Below are positions 40,651 to 53,373 of a stretch of DNA of 64,000 bases, piece after piece; positions within the stretch are counted from its first letter, which is position 1; each line of letters begins with the position of its first letter. Location of the stretch: contig OX597814.1 in NCBI GenBank assembly GCA_951406725.2, positions 80,476,001 through 80,540,000 on the forward strand, written 5' to 3'. The DNA is from Octopus vulgaris (Eukaryota). A program made the translations under genes and the position numbers. A model generated the notes under the pieces. It saw only the letters and a program-made list of their open reading frames with translations. It was not told the origin of the DNA and searched no databases.

Positions 40651-41036
40651 CATTGAAATAATAAAAATGCTTATTTTGATTATCAGCCCTTTGCTCTCTC
40701 CTTCAATCTCAAATTGTCTTGCTTAGTAAGCGCTTTTTTTATAATTTGTCACTACTTTTCACTACAATTATATTTAGTAAAAATACTTCTCATTGAAATC
40801 CAAGTATGATTTTTTTATGAGTTGTGACTAAGTAGGACAATATTTGGAAAAGATTTTTTAAAAATTCGATGACCTTGTCTTTTGACAAGGTCAAAGGTCA
40901 AATTTTAGGCCAACCTGTTTTCATTCTTATTGTAAGGAAAAATTCACTAAAAAAAGTTATATGCATTAAAATGAAAAACAAAATTGAGCTTTTGAGCTGA
41001 ATGTGTTGGCCAGCAAAGCATTGTATCTTACACTGT

Positions 41037-41920
41037 TGATCGTGGATTTTTGTGGTTTTCGTCACTGTTTACAATTTTGTTCTAATTGTTTTCAAATTTG
41101 GTATATGGATTAAGTTTTCTATACTAATTATGGAAGTGAAATTCATTTTTCCTATAAATCTATACTTAAAAAGTTATTAGTCTTTAGAATTTGCAAAGTT
41201 TGGGTATTTTAGCCAATCAGAAGGGAGTATTTTACACATCTCTGTGACGAAGAACTCTGTTTCCATAGTACCCAAAGATGCTGTGCATGCGCACAAGGTG
41301 TGTAACCACCACATATTCTATAATTCTTTACTTTTATAACAAGGAATTCGATTCTAGAACGATGGCCACAGCTTTAAACCTTTCCAATGTGGAGACGGAG
41401 ATACGGAAAAGAATTTATTTTATAAAATCCTAGAGTGTATTGCAAACTTTCGTTCTCGAATGTTTGACTGTTATATCTAGCAACTCCTGTTGGTTTGTTC
41501 GTAGCTTTTAAAAATTTAATTTGCTCGCGAATGTTTTAATGATAACTTTGCTCTTGTATATTTTAATGTTTTGACTGTTATTTCTAGCAACTCCTGTTGA
41601 TTTGCACGTAGCTTTTAAATATCTCATTTACTCACGAATGTTTTCATGTTTTTCAGCTTGCTGCAGCTAGTTTAATGTTTTGATATGCCGATGCGACCCG
41701 CTCCTTGATGATGAAAGAGGTAGCGAAGGCGCTGTTTTCTGATTGGTTGAAAATTCTGAAAATTATCAAACTTTGAACACCTAACATTTTTGCGAAATTA
41801 TTCTGGAATGGATGAATAACAAATTCGGATTCAGCGTCAAAAATTACCTCTAAATGATACATTAATTTTTTTAAAAACATAATTGTAAACAGTGACGAAA
41901 ACCACAAAGATCCCTGATCA
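41037..41920. mobile_element. Non-autonomous TIR element (MITE-like)
   Basis: 40-bp terminal inverted repeats match at 37/40 (TGATC..GGAT.TTTGTGGTTTTCGTCACTGTTTACAATT). Subterminal CCAATCAGAA is inverted. An internal ~75-bp direct repeat lies at 41463 and 41570. No clear TSD. Confidence 0.8.
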
Positions 41921-42152
41921 TACACCCGTTTTCCAGAGAAATCGGATCACTACTTTTTGTTCTTCTTTGGTGCACATTGTTAGTGGCGTGGCCATGCTTA
42001 CATTGTTGTAAAACCATAAAGAAAAATAGCTCAAACTTCGATCACATGGCCACAATAGCACCAACTATAAGCACGCATGCGCAGAAGGCAGTGTGACAAT
42101 AATAAAGATATGTTGTGGCGAAAGTGCGGATAATTTTTGACTTCCTCTCGCA
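41921..42152 (-). mobile_element. Mariner 5' end fragment
   Basis: TIR-like (rc) CGAGAGGAAGTCAAAAATTATCCGCAC. ATG at 41995 gives MATPLTMCTKEEQKVVIRFLWKTGV, cut at the MITE boundary. Confidence 0.65.
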
Positions 42153-42185
42153 TATATATATATAAGAAACTTTTGATTGAATATG

Positions 42186-42252
<67 letters not shown>

Positions 42253-42253
<1 letters not shown>

Positions 42254-43232
42254 ACCATGTTCAATCAAAAGTTTCTTCAGATTTTCTCTAATGATTTTTG
42301 GTAATTTGTATCTCCACGTTATATTATTAATTTGATACAAATTGTTGTCCTGCCGTTACTGAATTTTTATTCTTTAATGTATATCTTTGATAATGAGTAG
42401 TGAAAAAATTGCATTTAGAGCCATTTTACACTATCTGTAGAAAAAAGGACCAAGTGCAAGGGCAGCAGCAAAAGAAATTAATGAGTTGGACGTCCCAGGA
42501 ACTGTCGAAGAACGTGTAGCACAAAAGTGGTTCAGAAGTTTCAAGGATGGTGTCACCAACCTCGAAGACAAACCAAAGACAGCAAGATCTGTTGTGGAAG
42601 ATGAGACCTTCCTTGAAATAGTCGAACAGCTAAGCACAAGCTCATGTACATAGTCGGTAGAACTTAGTACTTCACAAAGCATCATCAATCGACACCTCCA
42701 TAAGCTCGGCCTAGTAAACAGACGCTGCTGAGAAGCTCCTCCTGAACTGACCAATGACCAGGTTCAACGATGTGTGAACATTTATAAATAACTGACAAAT
42801 CCTCGAGACGCCCGTTTTTCGAAATGAAAAATGGATCTATTTTCGTAATCCTAACAAAAGAAATCAGTGGCTTCGTTCCGGCCAGGCTTCAGAACTTGTT
42901 GTCATAACTTGGCGGTTTGAACAGAAGGTTATGTTGTGTTTTTGGTGAAATTTCGAAGGGTGTTGCACTTTGAGCTTCTCCCAGATAGCCAGTCTGTGAA
43001 TGTTAATCTTTATGCTTAACAACTGCAGCGAGTATATGATGCTTTGAAAGTCCGCTGTTCGGAATTGGCCCATCAAATACACGCTCCTATTGTATGAAAA
43101 TACCCCAGCACACATTGCAAATGTGACCAGACACGAATTTGAGGAACTTGAGGGGCTAGAATTGCTACCTGCTTACAGTCTAGATTTGCACCGTCATATT
43201 ACCACCTTTTCCGAGCCATGGCTCATTTCCCA
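42253..43232 (+). mobile_element. Decayed mariner (Mos1/Hsmar-like) element, 3'-truncated
   Basis: MSSEKIAFRAILHYL*KKG...VAQKWFRSFKDGVTNLEDKP, KVMLCFW*N, YENTPAH and PAYSLDL (YSPDL). 5' TIR CACCATGTTCAATCAAAAGTTTC. Confidence 0.85.
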
Positions 43233-44931
43233 CACGACAAGAATGAATCTGATCAAAAGTCTGTTCAATCAGGGCTCATCTAGGTCTCAACTTGGACAAA
43301 TTAATACACTATAAACAAGGGAAGGGGAGCCTGTATGTGGTCACTGCCAAATCTCTCTCAAATGAAATTTCATCATCTAGTGGAAAGAAAGGATGCATTG
43401 GATAATATAGCTCTACATATCCCTAAAAAGATTATATTGACATGGTTGGAACGCTTTTTTCAGCACAGATTAGGTCAGATAATATTAACCTGGGCTAAAC
43501 AACAACTCACCACTGTGTTCTTTTATTTCTGATTGTTTGTCAATAGTTTTCCAAAGTGTCGGCTCTGCTAAACACATTCAAGACAGTAGTTTTAAAGGGA
43601 GATAATTAGTTCACGAGAAAGGAGTGGAGCTGGTTAGAGTAAATAACATAGTAACATTGTTACAAAGAGCTACTTTATTGACTGCCTTTTAAATATGCTT
43701 TCCATTGTAAACAAATTGCTTTAGAATAACGAAAGCAATCTCAACTGCATTATGAAGATTTATAAGGTTATGATATTTATTTTGATGCGAATTTGCTGTA
43801 AACATGACATTGAGTGCTGCCACCTGATCAAAACTTGAAAGGGTTTTTAAGAATAGAGATCAATAAATCAATAAGATCGATATTACCAAAGTAGATAAAT
43901 ACAAAATTCAATATTGCAACTTACCCATTGTTGCTCATTGCTTATAGTGTTGTACTTGCAGTAACACTGACTACAAATCTGGACACTTTGCATGGAGGTC
44001 ATTCGACCATAAAATGGGAGCGGTACTTACTTTCATATATTCAAACTGTGCAAAGTGCAATAATGAATTTTGGATCATATATGTTACACTATGTAAGAAG
44101 GCCAACTAGAGACCTTCTAAAGGCGGTCACCTGATCTGCTAGAAATAACAGTCAAAACTTCCTGCAATCACAGCTTGCTGTCTTAAAAATGGAAAGAACA
44201 TTAGATAGTGTAGTTCTAGATACCTATAAAAAGACGGGTTGTTCGTTGCTGGAATGTGTGTGACCATAGACAGGCTCGACCGGGGTTGCTCTGTAGTTAA
44301 AAAGCAAAAACGACAAATACAAAAAAATGACGACAATTCAATGTAAAAATAAAAATTAATTGTTGCTCAAGCCCAGTGATTAACTACGAGTGCCAGTAAT
44401 TAACTCCTAAGTCAGCAATTAATTGCTATGGCCTGTGATTAATACTTTAGAAAAGACGCAGTACCTGTGATGTTAACATTTCTCGAATATTTGCTTCTTA
44501 TTGCTGACAGCTAAATAAGAGAAGTCTCTATAATTAACTATATCACCAAAATTAAAGCTTTCAAAACTTACAACATTGAACATTTTTATAGATATAGTTT
44601 TCTGTGACGCATTGAGTTTTGCTAACGACTCAAAATTCACAAATTAACAAATAAGCAATTAAATGCTTACAGGCAGTCTGACTTTCTATTAAATATGTTT
44701 CTTTTTTTCAACCTAAAATTTATATACTTTTCTTTATAGCTTTATTTACTTCGAGTTCAACTGTTAAAAACGACTTACTAAACAATTACTACCATTCGCG
44801 TGCCTCATTCTCCGTAGAGCTGTTAGATCTCAATACACTTTACTGTCAATAATACTTAGAAATTTATCAGATTTGATTTAAAGATCATGACAGGATACAT
44901 TTTAAACATCGACTCCAACGATCAATTGCTA

Positions 44932-45190
44932 TTTATTTTATCGACCACGAAAGGCAAAGTCGACCTCGGCAGCTTTTGAACTCAGATCATAAAAAGCTGG
45001 AAGAAATACCGCCAAGCATGCTGATTCTGACAGCTCGCCACCAGTGCTCAACAGGTATTTATTTAATAAATCCCGAAAAAAATGTAAGGCAAAGTCGACC
45101 TCGCCGGAAATTGAACTCGGAGGGCAAAGACAGATTAAATGCCGCTAAACATTTTTGCCGCTGTGCTAACGATTCTGCCAGCCCACCGCC

Positions 45191-45254
<64 letters not shown>

Positions 45255-45317
45255 TGATGATGATGGTGGTGATGGTGATGGTGATGGTGATGGTGGTGGT
45301 GGTGGTGGTGATGGTGG

Positions 45318-45366
<49 letters not shown>

Positions 45367-45800
45367 CCTTTCTACTATAGGCACAAGGCCTGAAAATTCA
45401 GGGGAGGGGACTAGTCAATTACATCGACCCCAGTGTTTCATTTGTACTTAATTTATCGACCTCAGAAAGATGAAAGGCAAAGTCAACCTTGGTGGAATTT
45501 GAACTCAGAATGTGAAGATGGGATGAAATACAGCTAAACATTCTGCTCACCAGGGTGCTAAGGATTCTGCCAGCTCACTGCATTAATAATAATAATCCTT
45601 TTTACTATAGGCACAAGGCCTGAAATTTAGGAGAGGGGGATAGTCGATTATATCAACTCCAGTACCCAGCTGGTACTTATTTTACCGACCCCGAATGGAT
45701 GAAAGACAAGGTTGAGCACAGCGGAAAATGAACGTAAAAACGGACGAAATACCGCTATGCGTCTTGCCCGGTATGTTAATATTTCTCACAACTTACCGCC
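44932..45800 (-). mobile_element. Array of SINE family B copies interleaved with (TAA)n/(GAT)n/(GGT)n microsatellite
   Basis: Repeated GAAAGGCAAAGTCGACCTCGGC...GATTCTGCCAGC blocks in the same orientation; microsatellite at 45193-45365. Confidence 0.85.
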
Positions 45801-46752
45801 ATAAGTGAAGTAAAAGTTAATGAAAAGGAATATGTATTAATTTATGTTTGTATATTGCTTTGTTTGATTTTTTTTTGCTATATACTTGGTTTTATTTTTT
45901 GCTTTCTTTTAAAGAAATATTAATTTAGTGAGTGTTTGTGAATATAGTAATGAGTTCGCTTGTACATACACGTATTCCACCTTTGCAGTCCGCATTGTGT
46001 GTTTGCTTTCATACGTATGCTCATGCGCGTGTGGCTATATCTGTATATGTAAGGAAGAAGTAAGCAAGGTTGGCAGTGTATATCTAGACTAATGCTCTAA
46101 ATATTAATTATTGAATTTTAAAAAAAAGTTAATTATTTACAACTCGTTCTAAAAATGCTATTCTAAAGCATGAAAGAGATTCAACATATAATTCAATAAA
46201 CATATAAATTCAACAAACATATAATTCAAAGTATTGAAGTCAACTTCAGCATTTTGAAGTTAGACAGTCACCATATCGTCTGCTTTTCAAGTTAGTACGA
46301 AATACAGAGTCATTAACTACATGTGCCGGGAGTACAGATCTGTGAAACATGAAATATTGTGTCACTAAAAGCAGAATTAAAAGGTGTCTCCGTAAGTGTC
46401 ATTGAAGAGAGAAAGTATGAACGTGTGTGGTTTGAGGTTACATTGAGTTAATTTTAAGCGGTATTATTCCGCGTGTACGAAATAGCAATAAAGAATAAAA
46501 AATCGTGCGTGTGTGTGCGCGCGTATAGTATGTAGATACAGGCGAGAAGTTCAAAACGGTACTTAATGCGTGGGTGAGGATTGTTTTTGATTATTGCAGC
46601 TAACACCTCACGTTTAGTTATTCGATATTCACGTTCCCGAATATCAGGCAGTATTAAAAAGACAATACATTGTATGTGTTATAATGTTTGCCTTTTTTCT
46701 TACACGCGTGGATGTACGTAAAACTCATTCGACAGTTTGTGTATATATTTGT

Positions 46753-46801
<49 letters not shown>

Positions 46802-46879
46802 CAAAGAGAGACATATATACACACATACATACACATGCATGTTTGTGTGTATTCGTGTATATATGTGTGTATATATATA

Positions 46880-47244
46880 TCTCTTATAAAAAATCTGTCC
46901 TGTCTGTGTGTGTCTTCTAAGATCTCAGGCATCCTCCTTCCGATTGCGCTCAAATTTGATATGTAGATACCGACGGTATCAGGGCGTGTATAAGTTGAAA
47001 AAATTACAAAAATCGATTCCAGGTGAGAATGCGATCGATAAAGCCGTGAGAAATAGTTTTTCTTTGGAATAGAAAAAAGTCTATCGCTATTTCTTCTTTT
47101 GATGGTGTCTCAAATTTAGACTCAATCAGTGTTTCTCAAAGAGGGGAGGCTATGGAACGGTCGGACAAGTTGTTTTGAGAAAATTTGGTTTAAATGTTTG
47201 ACAACTCAGCACCGTCCATTGGACGGAGGTGGGGCGTTTTGCTC

Positions 47245-47245
<1 letters not shown>
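46880..47245 (+). mobile_element. Non-autonomous Helitron-like element
   Basis: 5' A|TCTCTTATAAAA, subterminal hairpin CCGTCC-ATT-GGACGG and 3' CTCG|T (CTRR-like). A similar 5' portion lies at about 27120-27400. Confidence 0.5.
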
Positions 47246-47286
<41 letters not shown>

Positions 47287-47506
47287 TGTGTGTGTACACA
47301 TATAATTATCAGTAACTCAATGCAATAAAGTGTTCCCTGATGATCCGTTATGGTTGAATATCAAAATGCTTCTGGAACACCTATTGCTGGGCGCCAAACA
47401 ACCACATATGGTGAAACGCGCATAGAAAAAACAATACAAACTTGTGTTTATCCATATTTCTCCTAGACGCACACACATATACATATACGTATTTACATAT
47501 ACATAG

Positions 47507-47606
<100 letters not shown>

Positions 47607-47613
47607 AACGTAC

Positions 47614-50132
47614 ATACACAAAGGCGCACGCACACACACCTGCATACTACTTTAGTTGCCCAGTCAACTTCAGAGCTTCATTTTCTTTCCTCGATAAGTC
47701 TGTCACCATTTCTTTTCAATCGAATGCTCTTTCCTTCGCTGTTGTGAACGATTATCATGTATTTGGCGTCTAACATGTTGTTTTGGATTTAGAAAACCTT
47801 GACAAAATGTCAGTGCTGCTACTTATTACAAGCCCAAACTATTTCTATTTTCTTCGAGTAATACTTCCGAAACAAAAGCATTACAATGTAAAGAGCTCTT
47901 CAAAATATTTCTACACCTGTCTCGTAACGATATATATCCTATATAAAGTGTAAACACTGTATTTCAAAATCTTATTGTTTTTACGTGTCTTCATATTCTG
48001 TGGTTGCGACTGGGAAAATAGGACTGTAGTTCAATGTGTATATATATATATATACATATAAATATACAGTAATGCCTCGATATACGAGTTAATTTGTTCC
48101 CGGAGACCGCTTGTAAACCGAAAACTCGTAAATCAGACCAATAATTTCCTGTAGTAGTAATGTTATAAATCGTAATTCGTTCCCAGAAAAATATTTTACC
48201 TATAAAATTTATAATAATCGTAAATAAATGGCAATAAAACAACAGTAGAATGTAAAGAATATTTTATGTAAAGTAAAAAGAATGACAAGATCATTTACAA
48301 TAAAAAATATTATTATAATCATTTTCTGAATCACCTTCACTCGCACTAGACTCACATACACCATCACTTATAGATGTGATTGCCGATTCATATGGAATCG
48401 TAGACGGAATTGTAGATTTCTTTTTAAAATGCAAGTCTAGAGTTGTTTGCTTAGAAGCTTTTCTTCGCTCTCTATTAATGTCTCGGTAACACTCAAAAAC
48501 ATTTGTTACAGTGTATTCTTTATCTATCGCTGACAATATCAACCATACAACGATGTTAGAGGCGTAAGGATATAACAATGAGTGTGTGTATGTGTATTAT
48601 ACATGTACCAGTAAGGATACACACACACACACACATATATAGACAACAGATGAGGGCCAGAGATTCTCGGTGAGGTCGACTTTGCCTTTCATCCTTTCGA
48701 GGTCGATAAATTATGTACTAGTTACACACTGGGGTCGATGTAATCGACTTAATATCTATGTCTATCCTTGTTTGTCCCCTCTATGTTTAGCCCCTTGTGG
48801 GTAATAAAGAAATAGGTATAGAAAACACTTAATAGCGCTCAAATGATTCGAACTTAGACTCCGATGACTTTACGGATGACCAATTTCGCGAAGTAAAGAA
48901 TGGCTGTAAGAGGAATGACGGTGATCAGAAATGGAGGCAATTATACGGATATATAAATTAAATATAACAACTTGATTTTGACCTATTACTATGAATATCT
49001 ATATATTTTAAATACTATTCGTCTTTGCTTCCTTTCTGTTTGCATGTATACATACATACATACATACATACATACATACATACATACATACATACATACA
49101 TACACACATACGCACACACACATATACATAGTAATATCTCACTTTACGAGGACTCGTTTTACGAAACCCCGGTTTTACGAGTTTTATTTTTCAAGCATAA
49201 TATCCAGATTTTGAACGAAGTGCAAAACTTTCTACCATAACAAATGCTTCTGAGTGTTACCGAGACATTAATAGAGAGCGAAGAAAAGCTTCTAAGCAAA
49301 CAACTCTAGACTTGCTTTTTAAAAAGAAATCTACAATTCCGTCTACGATTCCATATGAATCGGCAATCACATCTATAAGTGATGGTGTATGTGAGTCTAG
49401 TGCGAGTGAAGGTGATTCAGAAAATGATTATAATAATATTTTTGATTGTAAATGATCTTGTCATTCTTTTTACTTTATATAAAATATTCTTTACATTCTA
49501 CTGTTGTTTTATTGCCATTTATTTACGATTATTATAAATTTTATAGGTAAAATATTTTTCTGGGAACGAATTACGATTTATAACATTACTACTACAGGAA
49601 ATTATTGGTCTGATTTACGAGTTTTCGGTTTGCAAGCGGTCTCCGGGAACAAATTAACTCGTATATCGAGGCATTACTGTATATTTATATGTATATATAT
49701 ATATATACACATTGAACTACAGTCCTATTTTCCCAGTCGCAACCACAGAATATGAAGACACGTAAAAACAATAAGATTTTGAAATACAGTGTTTACACTT
49801 TATATAGGATATATATCGTTACGAGACAGGTGTAGAAATATTTTGAAGAGCTCTTTACATTGTAATGCTTTTGTTTCGGAAGTATTACTCGAAGAAAATA
49901 GAAATAGTTTGGGCTTGTAATAAGTAGCAGCACTGACATTTTGTCAAGGTTTTCTAAATCCAAAACAACATGTTAGACGCCAAATACATGATAATCGTTC
50001 ACAACAGCGAAGGAAAGAGCATTCGATTGAAAAGAAATGGTGACAGTCTTATCGAGGAAAGAAAATGAAGCTCTGAAGTTGACTGGGCAACTAAAGTAGT
50101 ATGCAGGTGTGTATGCGTGCGCCTCTGTGCAT
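47614..50132. repeat. Recent 895-bp inverted duplication with a 729-bp spacer
   Basis: 47614-48508 is the reverse complement of 49238-50132 with only scattered substitutions. ORFs 47991..48242(-) and 49504..49755(+) are identical. Confidence 0.96.
49128..49679 (+). mobile_element. Internally deleted Tigger/pogo-like transposon
   Basis: Left end (TA)GTAATATCTCACTTTACGAG and right end CTCGTATATCGAGGCATTACTG|TA. C-terminal remnant YPDFERSAK...ECYRDI...KQTTLD..FKK. Confidence 0.7.
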
Positions 50133-52347
50133 ATTGAGAGACTACTCAAATTTGTATTTTTATTTTGCTTATTCTTTAAAGTTTCTTTCATTTTTGTAAT
50201 ATACTCATCGCCTACAGATTTCATTCTTATATCTTATATCCTTTATTGCATCTGCCCTCGACGGGTCAGGCCGTCTACCATTTTTATTAATTATTTGTCC
50301 TAAGTACTTAATTTGAAGCAAAAAGAATTCGCATTTTTCTTCACTCAAGGCGAACCCATACTCCTTAATTTTCTGGAACACAGCTTTTATATGCTCCACA
50401 TGTTCGTGCGAATTACTCTTAAATAAATATATCGTCCAAATAAGGGATTGCAAATTCACAATCAGGTAACATAGCGTCCATCATCTACTGAAATATCACC
50501 AGTGCAACTTTTAATCCAAAAGGCAATCGGGTATATCTGTACGATCCTCTATGTGTATTTATTGCCAGATACTTTGAGCATTTGTCATTTACTTTAATTT
50601 GTGAATAAGCGTCAGACAGATCCAATTTGGAGAAAATGTTTCCACCATTTAATTTTGCGAAAATGTTCTCTAGGTCGGGAGTGGACGGTGGTATGTCTTT
50701 AAGCAGTCGTTCAATCCTGTAGAGAAATCAGCACAAGACCTAATCTTATTGTTTTTCTTTTTAATGCACACAGAAGACACGCCCACTTAGAGTAATCAAT
50801 CTTTTCAATGATTCCACTCTTTTCCAGTCTGTCCAACTCTTCATTCACGATTTCAGTTGCCACGAACGGTACTTTCCTGCTAGATTTAAATAGAGACACA
50901 GCGTTTTCACTAACTTGAAAGCAGGCTTCAGTCTTCTTACATAGACCCAAGTCTTCCGATAGTACTTGAGGAAACATCTTTTTCAGTTTTCTCCTCAATT
51001 CCTCAGACGATTCATTTTTAACGGAACAACGATTTATGTTTTTTGCAGTAGAGACTTATGGGGAGGTGCCATAAGTTAAATACCTCCAACCAATCTGTAC
51101 CAAACAGTTTGATTATATTCTGCACAATGAACATTTTTACTTCGCGTGTTTCTCCTCGAAATGTGACGTCTGTACACATTTCGTCCATGAAATGTAATTT
51201 ATCGCCCGTCAATTTTCGCCGTTTTACGTAACTTCGGTTTCCCAATTTTCTTCCATATATCCGCATTTATGATTGAAATATCACTACCCGTATTCAACTA
51301 ATTTAATATTTGTACCATTTATTTTTACGTGTACGAATTTTCTTTTTTATGTGTCGTATTCACTTTCTGCTGAAAACACCTTAGGACTTTTTGCGTTCGA
51401 TCCTCATAATCTTGTCCTGTACTGTGAGCTCTTGTGACCAAATTTCTGACAACTATAACATTTTCGGTTTTTAAACTGACACTCTTTTCTGAAGTGTAGG
51501 CCTTTGCATCCGTAACATGGACTGGAGCCTGGCTCTCTTGTTTGGTTGTACTTTCTGGGTCGACACATCTGTATTTTTGCGGAATCTTTCTCTTGAATTT
51601 TTCTCACGTCGTGCTTCAGGTTTACCATTGTTTGGCATTCTTCTGCAATGACCTGTAGGGATAAGTCTTTGATTGCTTGCACCATTTTTGAGAGAATTCT
51701 TGCCGGAATATCTCTATCTTCGGTTGCCGTAAGGACTTGTACGAAGATAAAGGATTTAAACATATCTCGAGTGAGTTCTTGGAGTTTAAAGCTTTCACAC
51801 ATACGGTTGGCTACTCCGGCGTATGTAATAAGTACTCATCGTAATTTTTTGTTTAGTTCCAACACTTCATTTGAGTGTTAAATAACGAAATTTTGTTACA
51901 AAAGATCTTTGAGAGTAATTCAATAGTTTCTTGAAAGCTAAGCTCACTCGACGTTTTGGACAATATAAAGTTAGAGTAGCGTTCATGCTCGGCCGGAGCT
52001 ACCTTGCGTAGTAATAGCTTCACTTTCTCCTCATCCGAACATGACTTACAATTTTTGTTAAAATTTTCCTCGTACATTCTATAATACACAGGAAACGTAC
52101 TACCCTCCCCCAGATTATAAGTGAATTCAGAAATCGAGTTCGCCACGCCATCTGGCGTAAACGAACTTACTGAATTTTCTGACTTCCTTAAATGTAACTC
52201 AATTGACTGCTGATGTTGTCATTTTTGCTTCTGCAACTCCTGTAGTTGTTTCTCTTGAAGCTGTATTACTGCAGCTAATAGGGTCTCCATAATTTAACAA
52301 TTTGTATGACGCACAAATTGTCAAATAACCTATGTGAACATCGAAAA

Positions 52348-52360
52348 ATCCTCGTCGCCA
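52348..52360 (-). promoter_or_regulatory. Primer-binding site complementary to the 3' end of tRNA-Ser(GCU)
   Basis: Minus strand TGGCGACGAGGAT, 2 nt from the LTR end. Animal tRNA-Ser(GCU) ends ...ATCCTCGTCGCCA. Confidence 0.75.
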
Positions 52361-52362
52361 AA

Positions 52363-53184
52363 TGTTATATCCTCACGCTTCCAATATCTTAGTATGGTTG
52401 ATATTGTCAACGATAGATAAAGAATACACTGTAACAGTAACAATACAAAATAGAAACAGCGGCACCAACAAACACACAACGAATCAACAATCAGTATTTC
52501 CAACATACTAACTATAAGTGTACCGGGATTTCGAAGACCAAACTACGAATTGGTTCTTTATTAACCACAAGGGTTGAGATATAGAGGGGACAGACAAGGG
52601 GTCGGGGGACCTGATGGAATAACAAAATGATAAATATTAATTAAAAATTTATGATAATATATACGAATAACGGATGATATAACAATGACGGGTTGAGGGG
52701 AGGGTGTGACACCAAAACCCATGTTCCACCACTGATCCCTTTATGAGACTTATGTTCTCACTCAAGCATACACATTCACGCTCAACATGCTTGCCATCTT
52801 TTCTCATATATACTGAGTGACAAGCGTCTCCTTTCCAGCCTTATTTTCCTTTTAAGATGGAAAATAAAAAAAAAATTCCCCGAACTAAGGCCGGAGGTGA
52901 AGAGACCTGTCACTAATCCTTTCATGCGTGTCTTCCACACCACTTTTTTCGCCACAGCCACTACACAAAGAAATCAGACGTTCCCTTCCCTGTTCAGGGG
53001 CGGTGGAACAATCTTTATTATTGACTCGGTTGACAGTTGTACACTTCCTAGACGTGACAGCAGTTGTTCGACATAAACTCACAATTCTGAAAGTTTCGGA
53101 CACTGCACTACGTTAGACCACTACTATTTATATGTAGTGGTCTTGTCTATTCTCGTCAGGGGATGTCGTACTCACGCTACAACA
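52363..53184 (-). repeat. 5' LTR of the Gypsy element
   Basis: TGTT...AACA termini adjacent to the PBS. Confidence 0.65.
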
Positions 53185-53339
53185 TTATATAAACATATAA
53201 TAAAAAATGTATTAAAAATTAAAAAGCGAAAAACTTTTGTCTGTCCTATGTACGTTTTTTTTTAAATATTTAATTCATGAACGCCACGCATCCCGACTTT
53301 TGTTCACCGTAAGTCAATATGTTTATAAGTATGTGTGTG

Positions 53340-53371
<32 letters not shown>

Positions 53372-53373
<2 letters not shown>

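Larger units (their letters stand above)
50133..53184 (-). mobile_element. Ty3/Gypsy (K02A2.6-like) LTR retrotransposon, decayed and 3'-truncated
   Basis: Gag ANSISEFTY...EKVKLLLRK...HERYSNFIL with CCHC knuckles, protease region, and RT (VPF...ELDRLE, FSKLDLSDAY, LPFGLK, EKCEFF...IKYLG...GRRPDP). RNase H is deleted and the element is cut at 50132. Confidence 0.92.

Noticed and set aside
44932-45800. Regularly spaced repeats that could be mistaken for a CRISPR array
   Set aside because: They are ~200-bp SINE copies with microsatellite spacers in animal DNA, and there are no cas genes.
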